From Chloroflexota bacterium (GTDB taxonomy: Bacteria > Chloroflexota > Limnocylindria > Limnocylindrales > CSP1-4), in NCBI GenBank assembly GCA_016781485.1, contig JADDQH010000001.1, positions 2,062 through 66,061 on the forward strand: a DNA stretch of 64,000 nucleotides, given 5' to 3'. Below, one piece after another: positions 16,637-25,817 of the stretch. Below the pieces are notes generated by a model that saw only the letters and a list, made by a program, of their open reading frames with translations, had not been told where the DNA came from and did no database searches. Within the stretch, counting starts at the first letter, position 1, and each line of letters starts with the position of its first letter. The translations under genes were made by a program, and so were the position numbers.

Positions 16637-17230
16637 TCAGCAGGGCGTCCCGTGAGGCTCCTCGCCCTCCGACCACTCGCACCGCTTGACCACGGACCCA
16701 TCCCGGCCCACGTGGAACTTCACGTAGTCATGGTTGATGCATCCGGCAGGGCAGTCGCCCGAGCCGGACACGAAGGTCAGCTCGAAGCCCGTCTCGGTCT
16801 GCTTCGCCCGGACATGGTTGGCCTGTCCGATCAGGTTCGGGTCGAGTGGGCCATAGCCCAGGAAACGCGGGTCCTGGGCGACGACGGCGGCGATCGCCTG
16901 CTCGGCACTCGTGATACGGGTCGCGGCGGGGGAGGCCGGAGGAGAGCTCGGGCTGACACCGAGGGTCGGGGGCGCAGACGGTGTCGTGGTCGCAGACGGG
17001 ACCGAGACCGGAGACGGGGTGGAGGTGGCGACGGTGCCGCGCGGTGATGACGCGCCAGCTCCCCTCGAGCCCCCGCCTTGCCCGGGGGCGGCAGTACAGG
17101 CAGCCACGACGAGCATGGCCGTCATGGCGGCGAGCGCCCGAGGGAAGGTACCGGCCGCCCGCGGCTCGCTCCCCCAGGAACGAGCCGACGGGGCGCCGGG
17201 AGACCGTAGGCGGAGAAGAGGGGCGTTCAA
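16637..17230 (-). CDS. putative lipoprotein, unknown function
   Basis: Lipobox-like MLVVAAC, Pro/Ser/Thr-rich linker, Cys-containing C-terminal domain. TTG 17230 start is uncertain. Confidence 0.55.
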   Translation of the reverse strand: MNAPLLRLRSPGAPSARSWGSEPRAAGTFPRALAAMTAMLVVAACTAAPGQGGGSRGAGASSPRGTVATSTPSPVSVPSATTTPSAPPTLGVSPSSPPASPAATRITSAEQAIAAVVAQDPRFLGYGPLDPNLIGQANHVRAKQTETGFELTFVSGSGDCPAGCINHDYVKFHVGRDGSVVKRCEWSEGEEPHGTPC

Positions 17231-17402
17231 CGGTGTCGTCCTTTCGTACGCGGCACCATCGACGCGTCGACGATAGGACGCACGGGCGCCGCTGTTTGTT
17301 CCGCGAACCTTGACGGAATGGAGGCCATCCGAGTTCCTTGTGTGCCCTCGGACGCGCCGCGCGCGTTTCGCACCTCATCGTCCGCGGCCTCATCACGGCC
17401 GG

Positions 17403-18263
17403 ATGCCGCCGCGGTATCCTCCCGCCGTGAGTGAGCAACGCCAGCCAGGACGGAAGCCGACCGAGGATAGGAAATTCCTCCAGCGTCCGCCCTACCGCGA
17501 CCCTTCCTTCCTGGACAGCGATGCCTGGCGCGCGCTGCGGATCATGGGCGAGTTCGTGGACGGGTTCGACGCCCTCGCTCGACTGGGACCCGCGGTCAGC
17601 ATCTTCGGCTCGGCGCGGACGCCCCCTGACGACCCGATGTACCAGGCCGCCGAGCGTCTCGCCGCGCGGCTGGTGGAAGAGGGCTTCACGGTCATCACCG
17701 GTGGCGGTCCGGGGATCATGGAGGCGGCCAACAAGGGCGCGACCGAAGCGGGCGGGAACTCTGTCGGCCTCGCCATCGAGCTGCCGCACGAGCAGTCGAC
17801 CAACCCCTACTGCACGCTCGCGATCGACTTCCGCTACTTCTTCGTCCGCAAGACGATGTTTGTCAAGTACGCACAGGCGTTCGTCATCTTCCCTGGCGGG
17901 TACGGGACGTTCGATGAGCTGTTCGAGGCGCTGACGCTCGTGCAGACGGGCAAGATCTCGCACTTCCCGATCATCCTGTTCGGGTCACAGTTCTGGCAGC
18001 AGATGCTCGACTGGATCCGGGGTCCCGTCGTCGCCGAGGGGAAGATCTCGCCCCAAGACCTGGAGCTCACGCAGATCACCGATGACATCGAGGAGGTCGT
18101 CTCGGTCATCCGCGAGTCGACCCGTCGCGAGCAGGAGGAGCGCGAACAACAGGCCCCGACGGGTGACACCGCGGACCGCGGGCACGTCGAGCGGATGGAG
18201 GATGCGACGCACGCCGAGGCGGAGCGGGAGCAGCGCGCGGTCGTGTCGACGCGAGCGGAATGA
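17403..18263 (+). CDS. LOG family (TIGR00730) nucleotide phosphoribohydrolase
   Basis: GGGPGIMEA and PGGYGTFDEL motifs. Acidic/Arg-rich C-terminal tail. Start uncertain (ATG 17403 or GTG 17427). Confidence 0.8.
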   Translation: MPPRYPPAVSEQRQPGRKPTEDRKFLQRPPYRDPSFLDSDAWRALRIMGEFVDGFDALARLGPAVSIFGSARTPPDDPMYQAAERLAARLVEEGFTVITGGGPGIMEAANKGATEAGGNSVGLAIELPHEQSTNPYCTLAIDFRYFFVRKTMFVKYAQAFVIFPGGYGTFDELFEALTLVQTGKISHFPIILFGSQFWQQMLDWIRGPVVAEGKISPQDLELTQITDDIEEVVSVIRESTRREQEEREQQAPTGDTADRGHVERMEDATHAEAEREQRAVVSTRAE

Positions 18264-18325
18264 CCCACCCGACTGCGCTCGTGGCGGCGCTCCCCTAGCG
18301 GCCATCACCACGGAACGACGGCCTC

Positions 18326-18793
18326 GTGCGAGTAGCCGTAGCAGCGGATCACGCCGGCCTCCCACTCAAGGGGCCGATCCTGGACTGGCTGGAGGCGCAC
18401 GGGCACGAAGGAGTCGACTACGGCGTGGACAGCACGGAGCCGGTCGATTACCCGGACGTCATCGCGCCTGCCGCCCGTGCCGTCGCCGTCGGCGAGTGTG
18501 AGCTCGGGATCGTGCTCGGAGGGAGCGGCACGGGTGAGCAGATCGTTGCGAACAAGGTACGGGGGATCCGCTGCGTCGAGGCTACGGAGCCCGTCACCGC
18601 GCGACTCGGACGCGAGCACAACGACGCGAACGTCCTGGCGATGGGCGCGCGGATCGTCGGCATCGCGGTGGCGGTCGCGTGCGTGGAGGCGTTCGTCGAG
18701 GGACGGTTCGAGGGCGGGCGCCACACCCAACGGATCGAGAAGATCCGGCAGCTCGAGACCCAGCAGGCGCGCGAAGCGCTGGGGCCCGCGTAG
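18326..18793 (+). CDS. rpiB: ribose-5-phosphate isomerase B
   Basis: AADHAG, GIVLGGSGTGEQIVANK, RCVEA, HNDANVLAMG. Confidence 0.85.
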   Translation: MRVAVAADHAGLPLKGPILDWLEAHGHEGVDYGVDSTEPVDYPDVIAPAARAVAVGECELGIVLGGSGTGEQIVANKVRGIRCVEATEPVTARLGREHNDANVLAMGARIVGIAVAVACVEAFVEGRFEGGRHTQRIEKIRQLETQQAREALGPA

Positions 18794-18795
18794 GC

Positions 18796-19275
18796 ATGGC
18801 GGTCCGGACGGCAACGGATGGAGCTCGCCTGCGAGCCCTGCGTGGCGCCGGCGCAGGTGGAGTGGCGACCGTCGTCATGACAGCGTGGCTCTTCGTCGCC
18901 AGGCGGATCCCGCTTCTCTCCCGGATCCCACCGCGCGAGATCACGGGCAGGATCGTGGAGCAAGCGCCTCGAGGCGACGAGGTCGGTGACCGTGGGCGGA
19001 ACGGACTCACCGCGCTGGCCCATCTGGCCTTCGGATCCGTCGCTGGATCCGGATACACCCTCCTGTCCCCCCTGTTGCCCCCGCGAGTGCCGCCGGCCCT
19101 CTCGGGCGCGGCCTACGCGTCAGCGGTCTGGGCCGCAAGCTACCTCGGCTTCCTCCCAGCGCTCGGGCTCCAGCCATCGCCGGCCCGACAGTCGCGCGGA
19201 CGGCACGCATCGATGCTCGTGGCGCACTGGATCTACGGGGGCGTCGTCGGCACCTTGGCCGCCAGGCGTCGCTAG
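18796..19275 (+). CDS. membrane protein, unknown function (159 aa)
   Basis: ATG 18796 lies 2 nt after the rpiB TAG. Hydrophobic segments. The rest of track ORF 18679..19275 overlaps rpiB out of frame. Confidence 0.5.
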   Translation: MAVRTATDGARLRALRGAGAGGVATVVMTAWLFVARRIPLLSRIPPREITGRIVEQAPRGDEVGDRGRNGLTALAHLAFGSVAGSGYTLLSPLLPPRVPPALSGAAYASAVWAASYLGFLPALGLQPSPARQSRGRHASMLVAHWIYGGVVGTLAARRR

Positions 19276-20357
19276 CCCTCCCTCGGCGGCGCCGGCTCGT
19301 CATCCTCGAGCCGCGCGACGCCTCGCTCGTTCGTACGATCCGCCGCCGCCCTCCCCATGGTCGTCGCCACGTCGACCGCTCGCGACGCCATCCGTTCCTC
19401 GACCTCCGCGCCTCGCATCGTTGCGCTGGGACTGATCGTCTCCGGGGTTCGGGGCTCCGGCAGGACGCGGTTGACGAGACCGAGGAAGTCCGCGGTCGCG
19501 CCCGGGAAGAGACCATGGAACCGAGCCGAGAGCATCGCCGGGATCCCGAGAGTGCGATCCGCATCTCCACGCCTCGTCGCTGACACGATCTGTCGCGCCG
19601 CACGCCGCGCGTCGAGCGAGACGATGGGGAGACTCGCGCCCAGTGCGAACCAGGTGAACTCGGGCGCTCGAGGCTCCTTGAACTCGGCGTTCAGGTACGA
19701 CCCAGTTCGCATCAATCCCGGCGCGATCGTGGTGACCGTGATCCCGTAGCGGCGCAGCTCCGCCCGAAGTCCCTCCGAGAGGCCGACCGTCGCGAACTTC
19801 GCCGAGCTGTACGGAACCAGGTGCGGAACACTGACCCTCCCTCCGATCGACGTGACGTTGACGATCCGTCCGCTCCCGCGCGCGAGCATCTGGGGAAGGA
19901 CTGCGAGGGTGGGGTTGAGGGTCCCCCAGAAGATGACCCGATGCGCCTCCTCGAAGTCCGACGCCGAGGTCTCCTGCAGTGACCCGACCTGGATGATGCC
20001 GGCGTTGTTGACGAGGATGTCGATGCGCCCGAAGTGCCGGGTCGCCTCGTCCATGGCCCGCTCCACCTCGACGCGCTCGCCGACGTCGGACGCCAGCGCG
20101 AGGACCTCCACGCCGGTCCGCTCGAGCTCCGCGCGTGCCCGCTCCAGCTCTCCTTCCTCCCTGGCGCAGATGACGACCCGACAGCCCTCGCGACCGAACT
20201 CCTGGGCGAGCAGCAGCCCGAGGCCCCGCGAACCGCCTGTCACGAACACCGTCTGCCCCGTCAGGTCGTCTTCGCGCAGCCGACCCAGGGCCGCGCGGAC
20301 GGCCGCCAGCGCGAGGGATCCGGCGGCGAGCTTGAGTCCGTTCCTCGCCGCAGTCAT
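19272..20357 (-). CDS. SDR family oxidoreductase with C-terminal extension
   Basis: TGGSRGLG, NNAG, YSSAKFA. ATG 20357 overlaps the upstream stop (ATGA). Confidence 0.8.
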   Translation of the reverse strand: MTAARNGLKLAAGSLALAAVRAALGRLREDDLTGQTVFVTGGSRGLGLLLAQEFGREGCRVVICAREEGELERARAELERTGVEVLALASDVGERVEVERAMDEATRHFGRIDILVNNAGIIQVGSLQETSASDFEEAHRVIFWGTLNPTLAVLPQMLARGSGRIVNVTSIGGRVSVPHLVPYSSAKFATVGLSEGLRAELRRYGITVTTIAPGLMRTGSYLNAEFKEPRAPEFTWFALGASLPIVSLDARRAARQIVSATRRGDADRTLGIPAMLSARFHGLFPGATADFLGLVNRVLPEPRTPETISPSATMRGAEVEERMASRAVDVATTMGRAAADRTNERGVARLEDDEPAPPREG

Positions 20358-21817
20358 GCGCCGTCCGCGGCAGGGACGCGGCGGTAGCAGCTGAGGATGG
20401 CGTCGACGGAACGATCGGCGTCCCACTCCGTAGTCGACCAGTTCGAGACCGAGATGCGCATCGCCGCCATCCCGTGCCACGTCGTGCCGCTCAGCCACAG
20501 CGTCCCGTCGGCCTGGACGGCCGCGACGGTCTTCCGCGTCACGTCGTCGTCATCGCCGAACCGGACGAGCACCTGGTTGAGGACGACCTCGTTGAGGATC
20601 GACACCCCGGGCTCCTCAGCGAGGCGCTCCGCCATCCGGCGAGCGATCATGCAGCAGCGCTCGATCAGCTCTCGCACGCCCTGCCGGCCGAGGGAGCGGA
20701 GTGCGGCGTACACGGTGAAACCGCGCGCACGCCGCGAGAACTCGGGCACGTATTCCGCGGCGTCGCGCTCGTCGCCCTTCGTCTGCATCAGATACGACGC
20801 CTGGAGCATCATCGCGGCCCGGTGGATCGACGGGTCACGGACGATCACGATCCCGGAGTCGTACGGCACGTTCAGCCACTTGTGCGAGTCGCACGACCAC
20901 GAGTCGGCCCGCTCCACCCCGGCGAGCAGGTGGCGCAGTCGCGGGCTCGCGGCGGCCCACAGTCCGAACGCCCCATCGACGTGGAGCCAGCGCCCGTCGC
21001 GCTCCATCACGATGTCCGTGATCTGATCGAGCGGGTCGAAGGCGCCAGTGTTCACGTTCCCGGCCTGCGCACACACGATCGTGGGCCCACCGATCGTGGC
21101 GAGCACCTCGCGGAGCGCTTCTGGCCGCATCCGCCCTTGGTCGTCCGCCGCGACGCGCCGGATCCTCTGCGCGCCGAGGCCGAGCATCTGAGCGGCGATC
21201 TCGATCGTGACGTGTGCCTCCGCCCCCGCGACGACCGTCACTTCCGGCGCGCCCTGCAGCCCGTCGCGTTCCACGTCCCAGCCCTCTCGCAGCAGGACGG
21301 CGCGACGACCGGCCGCGAGCCCGGCGAAGTTCGCCATCTGCGCGCCGGTCGTGAGGCCTACGCTTGCGGTCTCGGGTAGCCCGAACAGCTCGAGGAGCCA
21401 GCTGGCGGCGGTCTCCTCGACGACGGCGTGTGACGGACCGGCCACGTAGAGGCCGGCGTTCTGGTCCCACGTCGATGTCAGCCAGTCGGCTGCAAGTGCG
21501 ACCGGCAGGCTGCCCCCGATGACGAAGCCGAAGAAGCGGGGGCCGGCGATCCCGACCGTCCCTTTGTCCGCTTCGCGTGCAAGCTCCTCGATCACCTGCA
21601 CGGGCTCGACCCCATCCTCGGAGAGCGGACGCGCGAGCCCCTCGCGAAGCTCCGTCAGCGTGGCCGTTGGAAAGACCGGGCGGTCGGGCAGGCTGCGGAG
21701 GAAGTCGAGGGCGAGCTCCGTCGTCCGATGGAGGAGATCAGCTTCCCGGTCGGTACCCCGCGGAAGCGCTGCGCTCGCGTCTGCCCGTTCCTTCTTCCGC
21801 CCGTCGCCGTCGCTCAT
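20354..21817 (-). CDS. pyridoxal-phosphate-dependent (group II) decarboxylase
   Basis: Fold-type I layout with the Lys motif SCDSHKWLNVP. Substrate not assignable. Confidence 0.85.
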   Translation of the reverse strand: MSDGDGRKKERADASAALPRGTDREADLLHRTTELALDFLRSLPDRPVFPTATLTELREGLARPLSEDGVEPVQVIEELAREADKGTVGIAGPRFFGFVIGGSLPVALAADWLTSTWDQNAGLYVAGPSHAVVEETAASWLLELFGLPETASVGLTTGAQMANFAGLAAGRRAVLLREGWDVERDGLQGAPEVTVVAGAEAHVTIEIAAQMLGLGAQRIRRVAADDQGRMRPEALREVLATIGGPTIVCAQAGNVNTGAFDPLDQITDIVMERDGRWLHVDGAFGLWAAASPRLRHLLAGVERADSWSCDSHKWLNVPYDSGIVIVRDPSIHRAAMMLQASYLMQTKGDERDAAEYVPEFSRRARGFTVYAALRSLGRQGVRELIERCCMIARRMAERLAEEPGVSILNEVVLNQVLVRFGDDDDVTRKTVAAVQADGTLWLSGTTWHGMAAMRISVSNWSTTEWDADRSVDAILSCYRRVPAADGA

Positions 21818-21942
21818 CTGGACCCTCCGGCCACCCAGTCGTCGCCGAAACCTTACCCCTGCATCCTAGGCTTCGCGATCCCGGCAGCGGAGGGCAGGAG
21901 CAGCAGCCGGCAGACACCGTCATGCCTCGCTCCCGATGGATA

Positions 21943-22998
21943 TCAGCGCGTGTAGCGCGGATCGACCCACCCCGTCCGCCCGTCGCGGAGCCGGACGCGC
22001 AGCCAGAGCTTCCGGGTGTCCGCGCTGAGCCCTGTCGAGAGCGGCTTGAGCCGAGTCCCGGGAGCCAGGACCGTGATGGCGGTGTACCCTCGGCCCGGCC
22101 CGGCTCGGAAGTAGAGGTAGCCGGTCGTCACCCGGGTGCCGCTGTTCCTCGCGCCCGAGCGCGAGGAGTCCGAGCTCGAGTCACTGTGTCGCCCGGTCCG
22201 CGACGCGCTTTCGCCGTCGTGGCGTGTGTAGCTGGCGTCGACCCAGCCGGTCTGCCCGTTCGTGACCCGGACGCGCAGCCACCGGCTCGTCGTGTCGTTC
22301 GTCAGGACGCGGAGCATCGTTCCGGGAGCAAGGACGTCGCTCGCGGCGTACTTCGGGCTCGGGCCGGTCCTGAGGTACAGGTACCCGGTCGTCCACCGCA
22401 CGCCGGTGACCGCGCTGCCTCCCGACGAGCGGGAGCTGGACCCCGATGCTGAGCCCGGATCCTTCCGCCTGACGGGGTCCGCGGACCCGGAGTAGATGGC
22501 CATGACCTTCTCGACGTAGCCTCGGGCGAAGCTCGACCAGCCCGACTCGGGCTTGCTGCTACCCGTCAGCCACCAGTACGCGACGCGCCGCCACGAGCGG
22601 AGCCACTCGTACAGACTCGTGAACTTGCCGCTGGCGACCCGCTCCTGGTTGGCGGGGGTGGGCCGCGCCCTGGCATCGCCGAGATACCGCTCGGCCCATG
22701 CGGGCCAGTTGAAAGGCATGATCTGGTACTTGCCGTATGCGCCCGACTGCGGGTTGCGCGCGGTGTACCGACCATTCGACTCGACGGTCGCGACGGCGTA
22801 CTTGAAGCGGGTGAGCTCGGAGCCGAACGAGTGCGCGGTGGCCGCGTCAGTGACGACGAGGGGAAGGAGGATCGCGCTACCGAGGAAGGCCGATGCCAGT
22901 GGCAGGCGAAGGCGCCGACCGATCTCGGGCGCGGCGTCGGGCTGCGACGAGCATGACAGGACGAGCGGCAACGGAAATTCCCTTTCTGCCGGGAACAC
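21943..22998 (-). CDS. secreted lytic-transglycosylase-like protein with two SH3b domains
   Basis: VESNGRYTARNPQSGAYGKYQIMP (catalytic Glu-Ser region) followed by two repeats (TTGYLY.R.GP...W..VR...G.TGWV). Signal-like GRRLRLPLASAFLGSAILL. Start GTG 22998 is tentative. Confidence 0.7.
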   Translation of the reverse strand: MFPAEREFPLPLVLSCSSQPDAAPEIGRRLRLPLASAFLGSAILLPLVVTDAATAHSFGSELTRFKYAVATVESNGRYTARNPQSGAYGKYQIMPFNWPAWAERYLGDARARPTPANQERVASGKFTSLYEWLRSWRRVAYWWLTGSSKPESGWSSFARGYVEKVMAIYSGSADPVRRKDPGSASGSSSRSSGGSAVTGVRWTTGYLYLRTGPSPKYAASDVLAPGTMLRVLTNDTTSRWLRVRVTNGQTGWVDASYTRHDGESASRTGRHSDSSSDSSRSGARNSGTRVTTGYLYFRAGPGRGYTAITVLAPGTRLKPLSTGLSADTRKLWLRVRLRDGRTGWVDPRYTR

Positions 22999-23495
22999 CG
23001 TACTCGGGCACTGCAGACGGCTCGGCGCGTACCGCAACGGCAGAAGGCAACGGGTCGCTGACTGGGGGTGCGACGGTCGAAGGGACCGGCGAGGCGGACG
23101 CGGGGCGGGCGTCCGCGAGGCGAAGGCAGGCCCTGCCGAGGCGGCGGTCTTGCTGTTGACCCTATCTACCGGTTCGCGCGGATGCCCGCACACCTTAGCG
23201 GTGCTTGTCAACCCCTCGATCCAGGACTGTCGTTGCTCCGTGAAAGCGTCTGTGCTGGCTGCTCAGTGACTTTGTCAGTCTCCCCGGATGAGGGAGACGA
23301 TCAACAGCGGCGGTCGCCGATGCCGAGTCACGCTGACCGCCAGCAACCAGCGAAACCGGCGGAAAGCAAACGGTCGCGTCAGCTGATGGAATGCCCGGCT
23401 GAGGCGTTTCCGCGTGCCGGCTCACCGGGCAGATGACAAAGACGAAATCGCGGCGACGCCGAGTACATGCCGCGTTCGTCCGTTATCGTCCTCGG

Positions 23496-24200
23496 ATGGG
23501 AGAGACGATCCGCATCCAGGCGGCGGCTGGAGACACCGATGCCTACCTCGCGCCGGCACAGACCACGCCCGGCGCGCCGGTCCTGCTGCTCCACCCGTGG
23601 TGGGGCCTGGATCAGACGATCCGCGAGCTGGCGGATCGGCTGGCAAACGACGGGTTCACGGTCATGGCGCCGGACCTGTACGACGGCACCGTATTGGCCA
23701 CGGCCGACGAGGCGGAGGCCTTCCTCCGCTCGATCGGGAAGGGTGACGCCCACGGCGGCGCACTGAACCAAGACCGCATCACGGGGAGCGCGGAGGCTGC
23801 GCTCGACCATCTGCTGGCCCAACCTGACGTCCGCGGCGACCGCGCCGCGATCATCGGGCTGAGCATGGGGGCCGCATACGGGCACGAACTCGCCGCAGCC
23901 CGGCCTGAGGTCGTCGCCTTCGTCGCCTTCTATCCCGGCATCTTCGAGGCGCCGAACGGGGTGGCCTACCTCGGCCATTTCGCCGAGCACGACGAGTTCG
24001 ATGACTCTGCCGAGGTGGCCGAGCTGGAGCCGACGCTCGGCGAGGGCAGTGCGGCGTACGTCTACCCGGGTACGAAGCACTGGTTCATCGAGCCGGACCG
24101 GCCGGAGTTCGACGCCGAGGCCACCGAGCTCGCCTACGAGCGCACCGTTGCGTTCCTGCGCGAGCAGCTCGCCTGGGGCGGCGACGCGGCCCGCGGATGA
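23496..24200 (+). CDS. dienelactone hydrolase family protein
   Basis: VLLLHPWWGL, FTVMAPDLY, IGLSMGA nucleophile elbow, GTKHWF. ATG 23496 in frame. Confidence 0.75.
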   Translation: MGETIRIQAAAGDTDAYLAPAQTTPGAPVLLLHPWWGLDQTIRELADRLANDGFTVMAPDLYDGTVLATADEAEAFLRSIGKGDAHGGALNQDRITGSAEAALDHLLAQPDVRGDRAAIIGLSMGAAYGHELAAARPEVVAFVAFYPGIFEAPNGVAYLGHFAEHDEFDDSAEVAELEPTLGEGSAAYVYPGTKHWFIEPDRPEFDAEATELAYERTVAFLREQLAWGGDAARG

Positions 24201-24480
24201 TCGCGCTCACGTCCTCGCACGCGGTCGCCGGCGCGCAGGTGCTGGCGGTAGCTCTCGACCGCGCCGTCGATGCTGATAGCCGTCGCGGCCGGTGCGCGCC
24301 GTCGTCGTTCTCGAGGCAGCGCCGGGCGGACGGGTAGACGCCGGGTATGATTCGGGTTCCTTCGCCATCTGAAAGCCTCGAAGCCGCTTGGAAGTCCTGC
24401 TCTCTTGAAGTGCTTGGGGCGAGATGGTGAAGCGAGAAGCTTTTGCGCTCTATCGGAGCACGAAAGCGGGAACTCCCCGA

Positions 24481-24556
24481 GCGGGAGTAGCTCAGTTGGC
24501 AGAGCGTCAGCCTTCCAAGCTGAATGTCGCGGGTTCGAACCCCGTCTCCCGCTCCA
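24481..24556 (+). tRNA. tRNA-Gly (anticodon UCC), CCA encoded
   Basis: Cloverleaf folded by hand: acceptor GCGGGAG/CTCCCGC, D stem GCTC/GAGC, anticodon stem TCAGC/GCTGA with loop CTTCCAA, T arm GCGGG-TTCGAAC-CCCGT, discriminator T then CCA. Confidence 0.95.
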
Positions 24557-24569
24557 CCCCCTCGCCTGG

Positions 24570-25772
24570 TCAGCGGACTTCGAGCACCCGGAAGTGTTGG
24601 TCGCCGCCCGGCGTCCGCACGGTGATCTCGTCACCGGCGGCATGTCCCGCAAGTGCGTGCCCGACGGGGGAGCTCGTGGAGATACGGCCGTGTGTGGGGT
24701 CCGCCTCTCGGGATCCCACGAGCCGGAACTCCTGAGAGACCCCGTCGATCTCCACCAGGACGGTCGACCCCAAGCCCGCTACCGGCCCGGCCGGCTTCTC
24801 GAAGACGGCGGCGTTCTGCAGCTGAGCGTCGAGCATCTGGACGCGCCCGTCGATGAAGCCGAGCTCTTCCCGAGCCGCCTGGTAGTCGCCATTCTCGCGC
24901 AGGTCCCCGAGCTCCCGCGCCGCCACGAGGCGCTTCAGCGCCGCGGGCCGGTCTACGTCCCGCAGGCGGCGAAGCTCGTCGCGAAGCTGCTCGAGGCCCT
25001 CTGCCGACAGGTGCACGGCCGCGTCCTTCCCGGGCGTCGGCCCCCGGACCGCCGACCGCCCGCTCCCAGCGGCGGGGCGTGACACGGCGACGGATCGGGG
25101 GGCGGATGGCAGGGATCGGCGCGCGCCGCCAGACGTCGGCGAGCCCCGAGACGGACGCGGGGAGGGCGTCGCGTCGACGGCGTCTGGGGCGGAACGCACA
25201 GCTCCAGTGATGCCGTCCGACCGGTGCTCGCCGGTCGGCCGCCGGAGCACCGCGTACGGCAGGATGGGCTCGGGCGCTGATCCCCGCGCCGCCGGGGAGA
25301 GACCGTCGGCGAAGGCGTCCAGGAGGGCGTCCTCGTACTCCTGCGGCGCGTCCGTGACAGCCCACCAGACCCGGCATGTCTCGAGGCCGCGGAGCGTCAT
25401 CAGCCGGTGCCCGCCTGAGTACGGGCGCGCGTCACCGAGTGGCGTGGCCCGGAGTGCATCGATCCGTCCGGCGAGCGACCCCTTCGTGGAGCCGACGAAG
25501 ACGACCGGCGTCTCCGGGAACCAGTAACGGGCAAGCCGAGCGACGAGGTCCTTGGCCGTTGGGCGCTTGCCGTCGAGTCGCAGGTCCGGGACGCGGTCGA
25601 GCCACGTCGCGACCCGCGCGTGGTCGATCGGAGGCGACGGCAGTGGCGAGGGCAGCTCGACGAGGTAGACACCGGGCGTTCGAGCGGGGATCGGGCGACC
25701 CCAGAGGACGGGGCCGTCCGCGAGGAGGCCGACGCCGCGGAGGAGTTGCGGTGCGCTGGTAGGACCCGTCAC
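24570..25772 (-). CDS. GreA-family transcript-cleavage factor fused to a 250-aa N-terminal extension
   Basis: The last 148 aa are GreA-like (LSAEGLEQLRDEL..., tip GDLRENGDYQAARE, C-terminal globular domain). The N-terminal 190 aa plus a Pro/Ser/Arg linker are in the same frame, with high GC3 and no stop. An internal GTG at 25016 could also yield GreA alone. Confidence 0.75.
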   Translation of the reverse strand: MTGPTSAPQLLRGVGLLADGPVLWGRPIPARTPGVYLVELPSPLPSPPIDHARVATWLDRVPDLRLDGKRPTAKDLVARLARYWFPETPVVFVGSTKGSLAGRIDALRATPLGDARPYSGGHRLMTLRGLETCRVWWAVTDAPQEYEDALLDAFADGLSPAARGSAPEPILPYAVLRRPTGEHRSDGITGAVRSAPDAVDATPSPRPSRGSPTSGGARRSLPSAPRSVAVSRPAAGSGRSAVRGPTPGKDAAVHLSAEGLEQLRDELRRLRDVDRPAALKRLVAARELGDLRENGDYQAAREELGFIDGRVQMLDAQLQNAAVFEKPAGPVAGLGSTVLVEIDGVSQEFRLVGSREADPTHGRISTSSPVGHALAGHAAGDEITVRTPGGDQHFRVLEVR

Positions 25773-25817
25773 GTCCGAACGCGTCCGCGCATCGCGGCCA
25801 CCGGCCGAGGTGACGAG

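Noticed and set aside
24201-24600. tRNA-Gly as a possible integration site for a genomic island
   Set aside because: No integrase, recombinase or phage gene nearby, no direct repeat of the tRNA 3' end noticed, and flanking genes have the same composition as the rest of the window.
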